Below, piece by piece: positions 38,885-52,086 of a stretch of 64,000 bases of DNA; the first letter of the stretch is position 1; the number at the start of each line of letters is the position of its first letter. Source of the DNA: Eledone cirrhosa (taxonomy: Eukaryota); contig OZ024758.1 in assembly GCA_964016885.1 (NCBI GenBank), forward strand, positions 2,294,001 to 2,358,000. The letters are read 5' to 3'. The position numbers and the translations under genes are program-made. The notes under the pieces are model-generated. The model was not told the origin of the DNA and ran no database searches. It saw only the letters and a program-made list of their open reading frames with translations.

Positions 38885-39122
38885 ATGTCTCAGGAAAGAA
38901 TCGCTGGACAAGATTTTATGGATAAAACTAACCGGCAGAAGAGTCAGAGCTAGATGCCGGGCAAGATGGTTGGATAACGTCCATGAGTTTGGCTGGTCAT
39001 GCTTGGGAATCCTGTCAGATCAGTTAGAGAAGGTTGATTCTGACAGGACTTGCTGGGAGGAGTGTTTGAGAAGGACTCTGCCTCCATGGTCCTTTCAGAA
39101 ATAAGTGGGCGAAGAAGAAGAA
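38885..39122 (+). mobile_element. RTE-clade LINE 3' fragment
   Basis: similar to 62003-62220 (TCTCAGGAAAGAATCGCTGGACA...GGATAACGTCCATGAG). Confidence 0.7.
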
Positions 39123-39717
39123 AGAATGTTTGTTTTTTGTTCAGCAAACTTCTCATAATTATTGATTATTTTGAAAGGTAGTATATTATTGATAGAAATA
39201 TGGTTACAGAAGTGAATCGTTAGTTTGATGTTTGAGATTTTCCATTTCAATATAAATTACAAACTTGTTATGTAGAGATTGTTGCATGGAAAATAGACAT
39301 AAAACAGGGATGATAATGACATCTGATATATACAATACACATTAGATACTAATATACCATGCGGTTTTTAACAGCATGTCACAGATGTGACATGCTGAAT
39401 GGATGACAAACGTAATCAGTCTGTTGTAGATTTAATCAAATATGTAGACAATATATAGACATTACTACCAAATGCACCAGCTGTGTTAACCTTTGTTGTA
39501 GAGGTTACATGTTGAAGGTATGATTTTAATAGCAACAAAGGACAAAGCCGTATTGTGGTCGAGTTGGAACACTTAAATCTTCTAAACATTTACTTGCACA
39601 TAATGTTGGCTGGTGATTTTTTTTCTTTCTCTCTCTTTTTCTACCAAAGCCCTCTCCTTTGTCTCTTCCCCCGCTCTTTCTCTCTTATACCAATATCCTC
39701 TCATTTCTCTCTTTTTT

Positions 39718-40095
39718 TCTACCACAGTCCCCAGTCCTCTCTCTCTATCTACCACAGTCCCCAGTCCTCTCTCTGTATCTACCACAGTCCCCAGTCCTCT
39801 CTCTCTATCTACCACAGTCCCCAGTCCTCTCTCTCTATCTACCACAGTCCCCAGTCCTCTCTCTCTATCTACCACAGTCCCCAGTCCTCTCTCTCTCTCT
39901 ATCTACCTCAGTCCCCAGTCCTCTCTCTGTATCTACCACAGTCCCCAGTCCTCTCTCTCTCTATCTACCTCAGTCCCCAGTCCTCTCTCTCTCTATCTAC
40001 CTCAGTCCCCAGTCCTCTCTCTCTCTATCTACCTCAGTCCCCAGTCCTCTCTCTGTATCTACCTCAGTCCTCTCTCTGTATCTCCCACAGTCCAC
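39718..40095. repeat. 30-34-bp minisatellite TCTACCACAGTCCCCAGTCCTCTCTCTCTA
   Basis: direct reading. Confidence 0.9.
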
Positions 40096-40439
40096 AGTAC
40101 ATAAATTATACTGCATATACAAATAGATGTGTGTGGTAGTTTGGTGATAGGGCCCAATATAATGTTGCTCTTAGATATATTATTGCATTACTGCCAAATA
40201 ATGATTTTTGATTCCTATTTTCATCTGGTTCACTTACATCTTATGTAAATAATACTTTGTTTCCCAGGAATCATACAAAAAGCTGCCTATGCGCCACTTT
40301 CATTCAAAACCTGGTAACATGTTGTAGATGTGTATTTATATGTAAGGGAAAGCAGACAATAACATGTGCTTTATGTTGGTAACATCTGGTTCTGAATTGA
40401 AAACTTTCATTATCTTTCATCATCTTGAAATTATCATTT

Positions 40440-43400
40440 TTACCTGTCCACTCCACCACCGGGCTCTGTGTCATCACAAGTATTTCAGCTGTGTTACCTC
40501 TCCACTCCACCACCGGGCTCTGTGTCATCACAAGTATTTCAGCTGTGTTACCTCTCCACTCCACCACCGGGCTGTATGTCACCACAAGTATTTCAGCTGT
40601 GTTACCTGTCCACTCCACCACCGGGCTCTGTGTCATCACAAGTATTTCAGCTGTGTTACCTCTCCACTCCACCACCGGGCTCTGTGTCATCACAAGTATT
40701 TCAGCTGTGTTACCTCTCCACTCCACCACCGGGCTGTATGTCACCACAAGTATTTCAGCTGTGTTACCTCTCCACTCCACCACCGGGCTGTATGTCACCA
40801 CAAGTATTTCAGCTGTGTTACCTGTCCACTCCACCACCGGGCTGTATGTCACCACAAGTATTTCAGCTGTGTTACCTCTCCACTCCACCACCGGGCTCTG
40901 TCATCACAAGTATTTCAGCTGTGTTACCTCTCCACTCCACCACCGGGCTGTATGTCACCACAAGTATTTCAGCTGTGTTACCTGTCCACTCCACCACCGG
41001 GCTCTGTCATCACAAGTATTTCAGCTGTGTTACCTCTCCACTCCACCACCGGGCTGTATGTCACCACAAGTATTTCAGCTGTGTTACCTCTCCACTCCAC
41101 CACCGGGCTCTATGTCATCACAAGTATTTCAGCTGTGTTACCTCTCCACTCCACCACCGGGCTCTATGTCATCACAAGTATTTCAGCTGTGTTACCTCTC
41201 CACTCCACCACCGGGCTCTATGTCATCACAAGTATTTCAGCTGTGTTACCTCTCCACTCCACCACCGGGCTGTATGTCACCACAAGTATTTCAGCTGTGT
41301 TACCTCTCCACTCTACCACCGGGCTGTATGTCATCACAAGTATTTCAGCTGTGTTACCTCTCCACTCTACCACCGGGCTCTGTCATCACAAGTATTTCAG
41401 CTGTGTTACCTGTCCACTCCACCACCGGGCTCTATGTCATCACAAGTATTTCAGCTGTGTTACCTCTCCACTCTACCACCGGGCTGTATGTCATCACAAG
41501 TATTTCAGCTGTGTTACCTCTCCACTCCACCACCGGGCTCTGTCATCACAAGTATTTCAGCTGTGTTACCTGTCCACTCCACCACCGGGCTCTATGTCAT
41601 CACAAGTATTTCAGCTGTGTTACCTGTCCACTCCACCACCGGGCTCTGTCATCACAAGTATTTCAGCTGTGTTACCTCTCCACTCCACCACCGGGCTGTA
41701 TGTCACCACAAGTATTTCAGCTGTGTTACCTCTCCACTCCACCACCGGGCTCTATGTCATCACAAGTATTTCAGCTGTGTTACCTCTCCACTCCACCACC
41801 GGGCTGTATGTCACCACAAGTATTTCAGCTGTGTTACCTCTCCACTCTACCACCGGGCTCTGTCATCACAAGTATTTCAGCTGTGTTACCTCTCCACTCT
41901 ACCACCGGGCTCTGTCATCACAAGTATTTCAGCTGTGTTACCTCTCCACTCTACCACCGGGCTCTGTCATCACAAGTATTTCAGCTGTGTTACCTGTCCA
42001 CTCCACCACCGGGCTCTGTCATCACAAGTATTTCAGCTGTGTTACCTCTCCACTCCACCACCGGGCTCTGTCATCACAAGTATTTCAGCTGTGTTACCTC
42101 TCCACTCTACCACCGGGCTCTGTCATCACAAGTATTTCAGCTGTGTTACCTGTCCACTCCACCACCGGGCTCTGTCATCACAAGTATTTCAGCTGTGTTA
42201 CCTGTCCACTCCACCACCGGGCTCTGTCATCACAAGTATTTCAGCTGTGTTACCTCTCCACTCCACCACCGGGCTCTGTCATCACAAGTATTTCAGCTGT
42301 GTTACCTCTCCACTCCACCACCGGGCTGTATGTCATCACAAGTATTTCAGCTGTGTTACCTGTCCACTCCACCACCGGGCTCTGTCACCACAAGTATTTC
42401 AGCTGTGTTACCTCTCCACTCCACCACCGGGCTCTGTCATCACAAGTATTTCAGCTGTGTTACCTCTCCACTCCACCACCGGGCTGTATGTCATCACAAG
42501 TATTTCAGCTGTGTTACCTGTCCACTCCACCACCGGGCTCTGTCATCACAAGTATTTCAGCTGTGTTACCTCTCCACTCCACCACCGGGCTGTATGTCAT
42601 CACAAGTATTTCAGCTGTGTTACCTGTCCACTCCACCACCGGGCTCTGTCATCACAAGTATTTCAGCTGTGTTACCTCTCCACTCTACCACCGGGCTCTG
42701 TCATCACAAGTATTTCAGCTGTGTTACCTCTCCACTCTACCACCGGGCTCTGTCATCACAAGTATTTCAGCTGTGTTACCTGTCCACTCCACCACCGGGC
42801 TCTGTCATCACAAGTATTTCAGCTGTGTTACCTGTCCACTCCACCACCGGGCTCTGTCATCACAAGTATTTCAGCTGTGTTACCTCTCCACTCCACCACC
42901 GGGCTCTGTCATCACAAGTATTTCAGCTGTGTTACCTCTCCACTCCACCACCGGGCTGTATGTCATCACAAGTATTTCAGCTGTGTTACCTGTCCACTCC
43001 ACCACCGGGCTCTGTCACCACAAGTATTTCAGCTGTGTTACCTCTCCACTCCACCACCGGGCTCTGTCATCACAAGTATTTCAGCTGTGTTACCTCTCCA
43101 CTCCACCACCGGGCTGTATGTCATCACAAGTATTTCAGCTGTGTTACCTGTCCACTCCACCACCGGGCTCTGTCATCACAAGTATTTCAGCTGTGTTACC
43201 TCTCCACTCCACCACCGGGCTGTATGTCATCACAAGTATTTCAGCTGTGTTACCTGTCCACTCCACCACCGGGCTCTGTCATCACAAGTATTTCAGCTGT
43301 GTTACCTCTCCACTCCACCACCGGGCTCTGTCATCACAAGTATTTCAGCTGTGTTACCTCTCCACTCTACCACCGGGCTCTGTCATCACAAGTATTTCAG

Positions 43401-46400
43401 CTGTGTTACCTCTCCACTCCACCACCGGGCTCTGTCATCACAAGTATTTCAGCTGTGTTACCTCTCCACTCCACCACCGGGCTCTGTCATCACAAGTATT
43501 TCAGCTGTGTTACCTGTCCACTCCACCACCGGGCTCTGTCATCACAAGTATTTCAGCTGTGTTACCTCTCCACTCCACCACCGGGCTCTGTCATCACAAG
43601 TATTTCAGCTGTGTTACCTCTCCACTCCACCACCGGGCTCTGTCATCACAAGTATTTCAGCTGTGTTACCTGTCCACTCCACCACCGGGCTCTGTGTCAT
43701 CACAAGTATTTCAGCTGTGTTACCTGTCCACTCCACCACCGGGCTCTGTCATCACAAGTATTTCAGCTGTGTTACCTCTCCACTCTACCACCGGGCTCTG
43801 TCATCACAAGTATTTCAGCTGTGTTACCTCTCCACTCTACCACCGGGCTCTGTCATCACAAGTATTTCAGCTGTGTTACCTCTCCACTCCACCACCGGGC
43901 TGTATGTCACCACAAGTATTTCAGCTGTGTTACCTGTCCACTCCACCACCGGGCTCTGTGTCATCACAAGTATTTCAGCTGTGTTACCTCTCCACTCCAC
44001 CACCGGGCTGTATGTCACCACAAGTATTTCAGCTGTGTTACCTCTCCACTCTACCACCGGGCTCTGTCATCACAAGTATTTCAGCTGTGTTACCTCTCCA
44101 CTCCACCACCGGGCTGTATGTCATCACAAGTATTTCAGCTGTGTTACCTCTCCACTCCACCACCGGGCTGTATGTCATCACAAGTATTTCAGCTGTGTTA
44201 CCTCTCCACTCCACCACCGGGCTCTATGTCATCACAAGTATTTCAGCTGTGTTACCTGTCCACTCCACCACCGGGCTCTGTCATCACAAGTATTTCAGCT
44301 GTGTTACCTCTCCACTCCACCACCGGGCTCTGTCATCACAAGTATTTCAGCTGTGTTACCTCTCCACTCCACCACCGGGCTGTATGTCATCACAAGTATT
44401 TCAGCTGTGTTACCTCTCCACTCCACCACCGGGCTGTATGTCATCACAAGTATTTCAGCTGTGTTACCTCTCCACTCTACCACCGGGCTCTGTCATCACA
44501 AGTATTTCAGCTGTGTTACCTCTCCACTCCACCACCGGGCTGTATGTCATCACAAGTATTTCAGCTGTGTTACCTCTCCACTCTACCACCGGGCTCTGTC
44601 ATCACAAGTATTTCAGCTGTGTTACCTGTCCACTCCACCACCGGGCTCTATGTCATCACAAGTATTTCAGCTGTGTTACCTCTCCACTCCACCACCGGGC
44701 TCTGTCATCACAAGTATTTCAGCTGTGTTACCTGTCCACTCCACCACCGGGCTCTGTCATCACAAGTATTTCAGCTGTGTTACCTCTCCACTCCACCACC
44801 GGGCTCTGTCATCACAAGTATTTCAGCTGTGTTACCTCTCCACTCCACCACCGGGCTCTGTCATCACAAGTATTTCAGCTGTGTTACCTGTCCACTCCAC
44901 CACCGGGCTCTGTCATCACAAGTATTTCAGCTGTGTTACCTGTCCACTCCACCACCGGGCTCTGTCATCACAAGTATTTCAGCTGTGTTACCTCTCCACT
45001 CTACCACCGGGCTCTGTCATCACAAGTATTTCAGCTGTGTTACCTCTCCACTCTACCACCGGGCTCTGTCATCACAAGTATTTCAGCTGTGTTACCTCTC
45101 CACTCTACCACCGGGCTCTGTCATCACAAGTATTTCAGCTGTGTTACCTGTCCACTCCACCACCGGGCTCTGTCATCACAAGTATTTCAGCTGTGTTACC
45201 TCTCCACTCCACCACCGGGCTGTATGTCATCACAAGTATTTCAGCTGTGTTACCTGTCCACTCCACCACCGGGCTCTGTCATCACAAGTATTTCAGCTGT
45301 GTTACCTCTCCACTCCACCACCGGGCTCTGTCATCACAAGTATTTCAGCTGTGTTACCTGTCCACTCCACCACCGGGCTCTGTCATCACAAGTATTTCAG
45401 CTGTGTTACCTGTCCACTCCACCACCGGGCTCTGTCATCACAAGTATTTCAGCTGTGTTACCTGTCCACTCCACCACCGGGCTCTGTCATCACAAGTATT
45501 TCAGCTGTGTTACCTCTCCACTCCACCACCGGGCTGTATGTCATCACAAGTATTTCAGCTGTGTTACCTGTCCACTCCACCACCGGGCTCTGTCATCACA
45601 AGTATTTCAGCTGTGTTACCTCTCCACTCCACCACCGGGCTCTGTCATCACAAGTATTTCAGCTGTGTTACCTCTCCACTCCACCACCGGGCTCTGTCAT
45701 CACAAGTATTTCAGCTGTGTTACCTGTCCACTCCACCACCGGGCTCTGTCATCACAAGTATTTCAGCTGTGTTACCTCTCCACTCTACCACCGGGCTCTG
45801 TCATCACAAGTATTTCAGCTGTGTTACCTCTCCACTCCACCACCGGGCTCTGTCATCACAAGTATTTCAGCTGTGTTACCTCTCCACTCTACCACCGGGC
45901 TCTGTCATCACAAGTATTTCAGCTGTGTTACCTCTCCACTCCACCACCGGGCTCTGTCATCACAAGTATTTCAGCTGTGTTACCTCTCCACTCTACCACC
46001 GGGCTCTGTCATCACAAGTATTTCAGCTGTGTTACCTCTCCACTCTACCACCGGGCTCTGTCATCACAAGTATTTCAGCTGTGTTACCTGTCCACTCCAC
46101 CACCGGGCTCTGTCATCACAAGTATTTCAGCTGTGTTACCTGTCCACTCCACCACCGGGCTCTATGTCATCACAAGTATTTCAGCTGTGTTACCTCTCCA
46201 CTCCACCACCGGGCTCTGTCATCACAAGTATTTCAGCTGTGTTACCTCTCCACTCCACCACCGGGCTCTGTCATCACAAGTATTTCAGCTGTGTTACCTG
46301 TCCACTCCACCACCGGGCTCTGTCATCACAAGTATTTCAGCTGTGTTACCTGTCCACTCTACCACCGGGCTCTGTCATCACAAGTATTTCAGCTGTGTTA

Positions 46401-47188
46401 CCTGTCCACTCCACCACCGGGCTCTGTCATCACAAGTATTTCAGCTGTGTTACCTCTCCACTCCACCACCGGGCTGTATGTCACCACAAGTATTTCAGCT
46501 GTGTTACCTGTCCACTCCACCACCGGGCTCTGTCATCACAAGTATTTCAGCTGTGTTACCTCTCCACTCTACCACCGGGCTCTGTCATCACAAGTATTTC
46601 AGCTGTGTTACCTCTCCACTCCACCACCGGGCTCTGTCATCACAAGTATTTCAGCTGTGTTACCTCTCCACTCTACCACCGGGCTCTGTCATCACAAGTA
46701 TTTCAGCTGTGTTACCTCTCCACTCCACCACCGGGCTCTGTCATCACAAGTATTTCAGCTGTGTTACCTCTCCACTCCACCACCGGGCTGTATGTCATCA
46801 CAAGTATTTCAGCTGTGTTACCTGTCCACTCCACCACCGGGCTCTGTCATCACAAGTATTTCAGCTGTGTTACCTGTCCACTCCACCACCGGGCTCTATG
46901 TCATCACAAGTATTTCAGCTGTGTTACCTGTCCACTCCACCACCGGGCTGTATGTCATCACAAGTATTTCAGCTGTGTTACCTCTCCACTCCACCACCGG
47001 GCTCTGTCATCACAAGTATTTCAGCTGTGTTACCTGTCCACTCCACCACCGGGCTCTATGTCATCACAAGTATTTCAGCTGTGTTACCTGTCCACTCCAC
47101 CACCGGGCTCTGTCATCACAAGTATTTCAGCTGTGTTACCTCTCCACTCCACCACCGGGCTCTGTGTTATCACAAGTATTTCAGCTGT
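40440..47188. repeat. 6.7-kb intronic satellite, 52/54-bp unit TCACAAGTATTTCAGCTGTGTTACCTSTCCACTCYACCACCGGGCT(CTG/GTATG/CTATG)TCA, roughly 128 units
   Basis: direct reading; no stop codon on + in any frame, which explains the three >2200-aa ORFs. Confidence 0.98.
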
Positions 47189-47470
47189 GACTATTTCATT
47201 GTTGAGAGAATCTAGGATAATTCTAATATACAGTAGTAGAGACAAATGACTGTTGCATGTCATTGAACCCCCACTAACACTGTGGCATACATGTGTGTGT
47301 GCGTGTGTACATATGGTGTGTGTGTGTGTGTACATGTGGTGTGTGTGTGTGTGTATACATGTGTAACAATACAAACTCTGTTCTGCAATGATTCTTATGG
47401 TTGGCTAACTTATAGCTGCGATGTATTTGTTTAGCTTTTGATATGAAATCCTACGTTGAAACAGATGTTA

Positions 47471-47793
47471 GGGGAGGGTCATGTCTCCGAATATTGCCAG
47501 AAAAAATATAGTAAAAAATATAGTAAAACACACTCACTGTTTGCTTTGGTTTTCGCCTTAGTATTTTATATATATAATATATATATATATAATTAGAAAG
47601 TGAACAACACAAAATATAACTACTCCATTACCAAAGGTAAATTAAATAGCTCTGTTCTATACATAGAGCACTCTTTTTCCCTTTGCTTTTTCTTTGGAAT
47701 TACCTAACACAACATATACTGAAGCCGAAACCAAACAGTGAGTGTGTTTTACTATATTTTTTCTGGCAATATTAGGATAACATGACCCTCCCC
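47471..47793. repeat. inverted repeat (arms ~47471-47553 and ~47717-47793) of a dispersed element also seen at ~30295-30375
   Basis: GGGGAGGGTCATGT...TAGTAAAACACACTCACTGTTTG vs CAAACAGTGAGTGTGTTTTACTA...ACATGACCCTCCCC. Confidence 0.85.
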
Positions 47794-48358
47794 AAATTTA
47801 TCATTATACAATTATCATAACAACATAAAGCTAAATATTTTATTTAACTCTCCTGATAACTAACCACATGAAACCATCCCTAGTTCTATGATACAAAGCT
47901 GTTAATTTTAAACTGTTTTTATTTATCTAGAAGTCTTCCATTGTGGGTTTATGTCAGCTTTTGTTATGTCCCAAACACCAGCTTAATAATGGTTTCTGAT
48001 TTAGGCACAAGAGGGAGGGAAACGTTGGTTAAATCAACCCCAGTGTATTACTGGAACTTTATTTTATCGACCCCGTAAGGATGAAAGGCAAAGTTAACCT
48101 TGCTGGGATTTGAACTCAGACACTAACTTAATGATGAGAAACTTTATTAAATCACCTCCAATTCTTGATTATTTTTTAATTATTTTAAAATCATTGACAA
48201 TGTTATTTTCATTAGAAAAATGCGTTACTGGGACAGTGGAGTAATGTGAGAGACTGCTGTGACATGAAACAGTGGTGTAATGTGAGAAACTTGTACTGTA
48301 AGATAAATAAATTTTTGTGTTGTATTAAAATCTGATCTAATTAACCTTCCCATTTCAG

Positions 48359-48430
48359 GTGTTTTTCTCATCGTATATATTTAGTACGAATGTGATGGTT
48401 AAAGTTGCAACCAGACCAGCCGAGAATCCT
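48359..48430 (+). CDS. SPPL3: SPPL3 exon G (72 nt): [24 protein letters not shown]
   Basis: tttcag| and |gtaagt; NVMVKVAT motif. Confidence 0.96.
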
Positions 48431-48544
48431 GTAAGTTATCTAGAAATAGTTTTCTGTTCTATTTTCCTTGGAATTTGCTATGAACTTGGCTCTGTTGTTG
48501 CAATGTGTCCTTAAGTCTGCTACATTGCAGTTAAACTAACACAG

Positions 48545-48920
48545 ACATGGGACAGTGTTGTGATGTGAGACAGTGGTATGACATGGGACAGTGTTGTGAT
48601 ATGGGATGCTGGTGTGATGTGAGACAGTGGTGTGATATGGGATGCTGGTGTGATGTGAGACAGTGTTGTGATATGGGATGCTGGTGTGACGTGAGACAGT
48701 GTTGTGATATGGGATGCTGGTGTGACGTGAGACAGTGGTATGATGTGAGCCAGTGGTGTGATGTGAGACAGTGATGTGATGTGAGACAGTGTTGTGATAT
48801 GGGATGCTGGTGTGATGTGAGACAGTGGTGTGATGTGAGACATTGGTGTAATATAAGACACCTGTATGACATGGGACGCTGGTGTGACATGAGACATTGG
48901 TGTGACATGGGATGCTGGTG
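48545..48920. repeat. 18-bp-based TGTGATGTGAGACAGTGG / TGTGATATGGGATGCTGG repeat filling intron G-H
   Basis: direct reading. Confidence 0.88.
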
Positions 48921-48974
48921 GGACACACACACCCTCTCCCCCCTCTTCATGTTGTTTTTCCTCTCTTTCCTCAG

Positions 48975-49063
48975 GTTGGGATATTTGCTAAGAAACTTCA
49001 TTTAAGTGGTCTGGTACGAGATGCTCCAAAGTTGTCACTTCCTGGAAAATTAGTCTTTCCAAG
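48975..49063 (+). CDS. SPPL3: SPPL3 exon H (89 nt): VGIFAKKLHLSGLVRDAPKLSLPGKLVFP(S)
   Basis: ctcag| and AG|gtgagt; LSLPGKLVFPS motif. Confidence 0.96.
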
Positions 49064-49224
49064 GTGAGTTAAAGGAATTCAGTCTCTCTCTCTTTATCTC
49101 CCTCCCTCTCTCTCACAGAGAGAGATGGGGGGGGGGGAGGGTGTATATGTTGTTTTTCTTTTCTATTAATATTCATTTTCTTGTTATAAGTTGTAACATC
49201 TAAAAGAGAACAGCTCTGAAAATA

Positions 49225-49550
49225 TGACATACCTTGATGGGAGGGTCATTAGCTATGTTGACATACCTTGATGGGGAGGGTCATTAGCTATGTTGACATA
49301 CCTTGATGGGGAGGGTCATTAGCTATATTGACATACCTTGATGAGGAGAGTCATTAAATATGTTGACATACCTTGATGGGGAGGGTCATTAGCTATGTTT
49401 TACAAGTGTTTATCATTGTTATATCATATATAGTGTTGTATGACTGTATATCAATGTTATATCATATATAGTGTTGTATGACTGTATATCAATGTTATAT
49501 CATATATAGTGTTGTATGACTGTATATCAATGTTATGTTATATCATATAC
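49225..49550. repeat. adjacent 35-bp (x5) and 39-bp (x3) tandem repeats in intron H-I
   Basis: direct reading. Confidence 0.85.
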
Positions 49551-49627
49551 TGTGTTGTAGGACTATATTATATACAGTGTTATTTTGTGCAACTGCTTAT
49601 CAATGCTCAATGTTCTTTTCTTTCTAG

Positions 49628-49673
49628 TATGCAGAACAGCAGTCATTTTTCCATGCTGGGACTAGGAGATATT
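49628..49673 (+). CDS. SPPL3: SPPL3 exon I (46 nt), second catalytic Asp (GLGD): MQNSSHFSMLGLGDI
   Basis: ttctag| and |gtaagt; HFSMLGLGDI GxGD motif. Confidence 0.96.
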
Positions 49674-50004
49674 GTAAGTACTTCTATTTCAAGACAATGT
49701 TAATAATAATTTATACTTATTTATTTAGTTTACTGTTTTAGTTGCTGAGGGAAGGGCCCCACCCATGATCCCTTTCAGGGCCCCAGAAGCTGGAAGGGCA
49801 GGGACGGAATTAGGAAAGTATGTTCAAACTTGAGAACTGCTCCAGATGCTTGCAAAAGGCATCTATGAGCCAAGTGACTGGTTGTGTTTACCACCCAAGT
49901 AGGGTAGGATTTAATTTCAGAATGGAAAGAGCTGGAACAAATATTACAAGTCATTCAGCCCTGCCCACCAACAAACTCTACCTGTTTACCACCTATAACA
50001 ATAC

Positions 50005-50240
50005 TTTACCTCACATAACATTTACATTACTCTATATATACTATTGTATTTTCACAGTAAAGGCTTTACCTCACATAATATCTCATATAGCATTTACATT
50101 ACTCTATATATACTATTGTATTTTCACAGTAAAGGCTTTACCTCACATAATATCAAATCTACGAGATTTTTATATTTATTTTGTGAACAATATCTTAACA
50201 TCAGTATGAGCGGCGGATTTGAACAGAAAGATATGGCTGG
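50005..50240 (+). mobile_element. MITE M1 partial; further right-end fragments at 50438-50514 and 50712-50756
   Basis: 72-bp units and TTTAAATGCTAAAGGG end. Confidence 0.8.
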
Positions 50241-51666
50241 TTTAAATGCTAAAGGGCTTACTAAGGGAACCCGTTATAGAAGCCGTGGTTAATTCTAATT
50301 TCTTTGTTTGCGATAGATGAAGCAAATAAAATATTAAGTATAAAATCACTTAGATAGTTATCTCCCCTTTTCATGTGAGTTGGTTGACAGGTGATTTTTG
50401 AGCACAATGTAGTCCACAAGTACTTCCTGTTTAGTACCGGTTACAGCCAGTTTGAACAGAAAGAGGTGAGAGAATTCTGGCCGGATACGGCCGGTTTAAA
50501 TGTTAAAGGGTTAAACAGCGGGTTTGTTAGTTTAAATGTTTATAGTATCTTTACTAGTGGGCAGATTATTGTAAAAATTTGCATTATTAGATTAAAAGCT
50601 TTAATTTTTAATGTGATGCAGTCAATTATGCAAAAAATAATGTTGCATATGCAAGGTTTTTAATTGACTCTTAATATCTTGTAATGATTTAGCAGAAAAT
50701 ATCTGAAAACAAGAGAATTCTGGCCAGATATGACTGGTTTCAATATTAAAGGGTTAAAGTTAAAAGAAAGAAGATAGCTATAGTAGAAGGGTGTGTGTGT
50801 GTTTGTTGCTAAGAGTTCCATAATTTCTTGTCATGTCAATTTCACAATGTAAATATAGGCTATAGAAATGTGCTATTAATACTTTAATTATAAGAAATGC
50901 AGAAAATAAACAATAAGCCAAATTTCATCAAAAGTTAAACTTCCCCCACACAGCAATAAGTCCTGCATTCTATACATATAATTTGCATTTGTCTCATCAC
51001 ATAAAAACTAGATTTATTAATACTTATTCATGTTTATATGTATTATGCCCACCATTTATATTTATATACATTTAAATACCTTTTACATACAATGTTTAAA
51101 AAAAATCAATACTTCAATATCATTGTCAAATATTAATATATCTACATGTTCTTTTTTATTTCTCCTTTTTGCTCATACCCATTTAAACAGTTAGACACCC
51201 AGGAGCTAGGTTTTACTAAAACAAGAAAACAAAGCTATTTTGAAATATTTTATATGTCCTTATAAATGTGTTTAGTTACAATCTAAATGAAATCATATTT
51301 AACACAATTTCAAGAGTATTTATGTAAGCACATAGGTAGTTCACATATGCACCTTCTTACTTTTTTTGTCAAAATTCTTGATGAAAATAGCTACACTGGA
51401 ATATTTCATTGGTGGTATTGGTAGAGCATTGAACAACAAAGTTACGGCCATTTACATTTTGAGCTCAAATCACACTGAGGTTAACTTTGCCTTTCGTCCT
51501 TATCGGGTTGACGAAATAAAGTACCAGTAATGTACTGGGAATGATTTAATCAACCTCGCTCTCTTTCCCTTCAAATTGCTTGCCTTGTGCTAAAAATAGA
51601 AACACTTATTTGTCTGTATAAATGTCATGTCATATATGTTGCTATGTATGGAAGCGTATAGGTTTA

Positions 51667-51864
51667 TTAACCCTTTAGCATTTAAACCGGCCATATCCAG
51701 CCAGAATTCTTTCACCTCTCCCTATTTACACCGGCCATAATCAACTGCTCATACTAACGTTAAAGTATTGTTCTCAAAATTATTATCAAAATCTCATAGA
51801 TGCGATATTATGTGAAATAAAGACTATACAATAGTAAATATAGAGTAATGTAAATGGTAAAAGG
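51667..51864 (-). mobile_element. MITE M1 reverse
   Basis: TTAA-CCCTTTAGCATTTAAACCGGCC start. Confidence 0.85.
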
Positions 51865-52086
51865 ATAAAGTTTCCTGTGTTAGTATGATAGGTTACTTCA
51901 CACACACACTCTTTCTGCCCCGTACCTCTCACTCTGTCTGTCTTTCTGCCCCCCCCCCCCCCCCCAGTACACACTATTTGTAGTTAAATCATATGCTATG
52001 CTTATGTTTGTGTCACAATATATTCTTATAACAGATATCTCTCTATAGAACATCTCTCTATATGTGAATCTCTTGTACATTTCTAG

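Noticed and set aside
40440-47188. Hammerhead in the satellite - strand (GTGATGA...GAAA)
   Set aside because: Core is GTGATGA not CTGANGA, and stems I-III cannot be formed convincingly.
40364-47249. Three overlapping ORFs of 2240-2283 aa
   Set aside because: Products of a stop-free 52/54-bp tandem unit cycling through frames inside an SPPL3 intron; no domain or frame preference.
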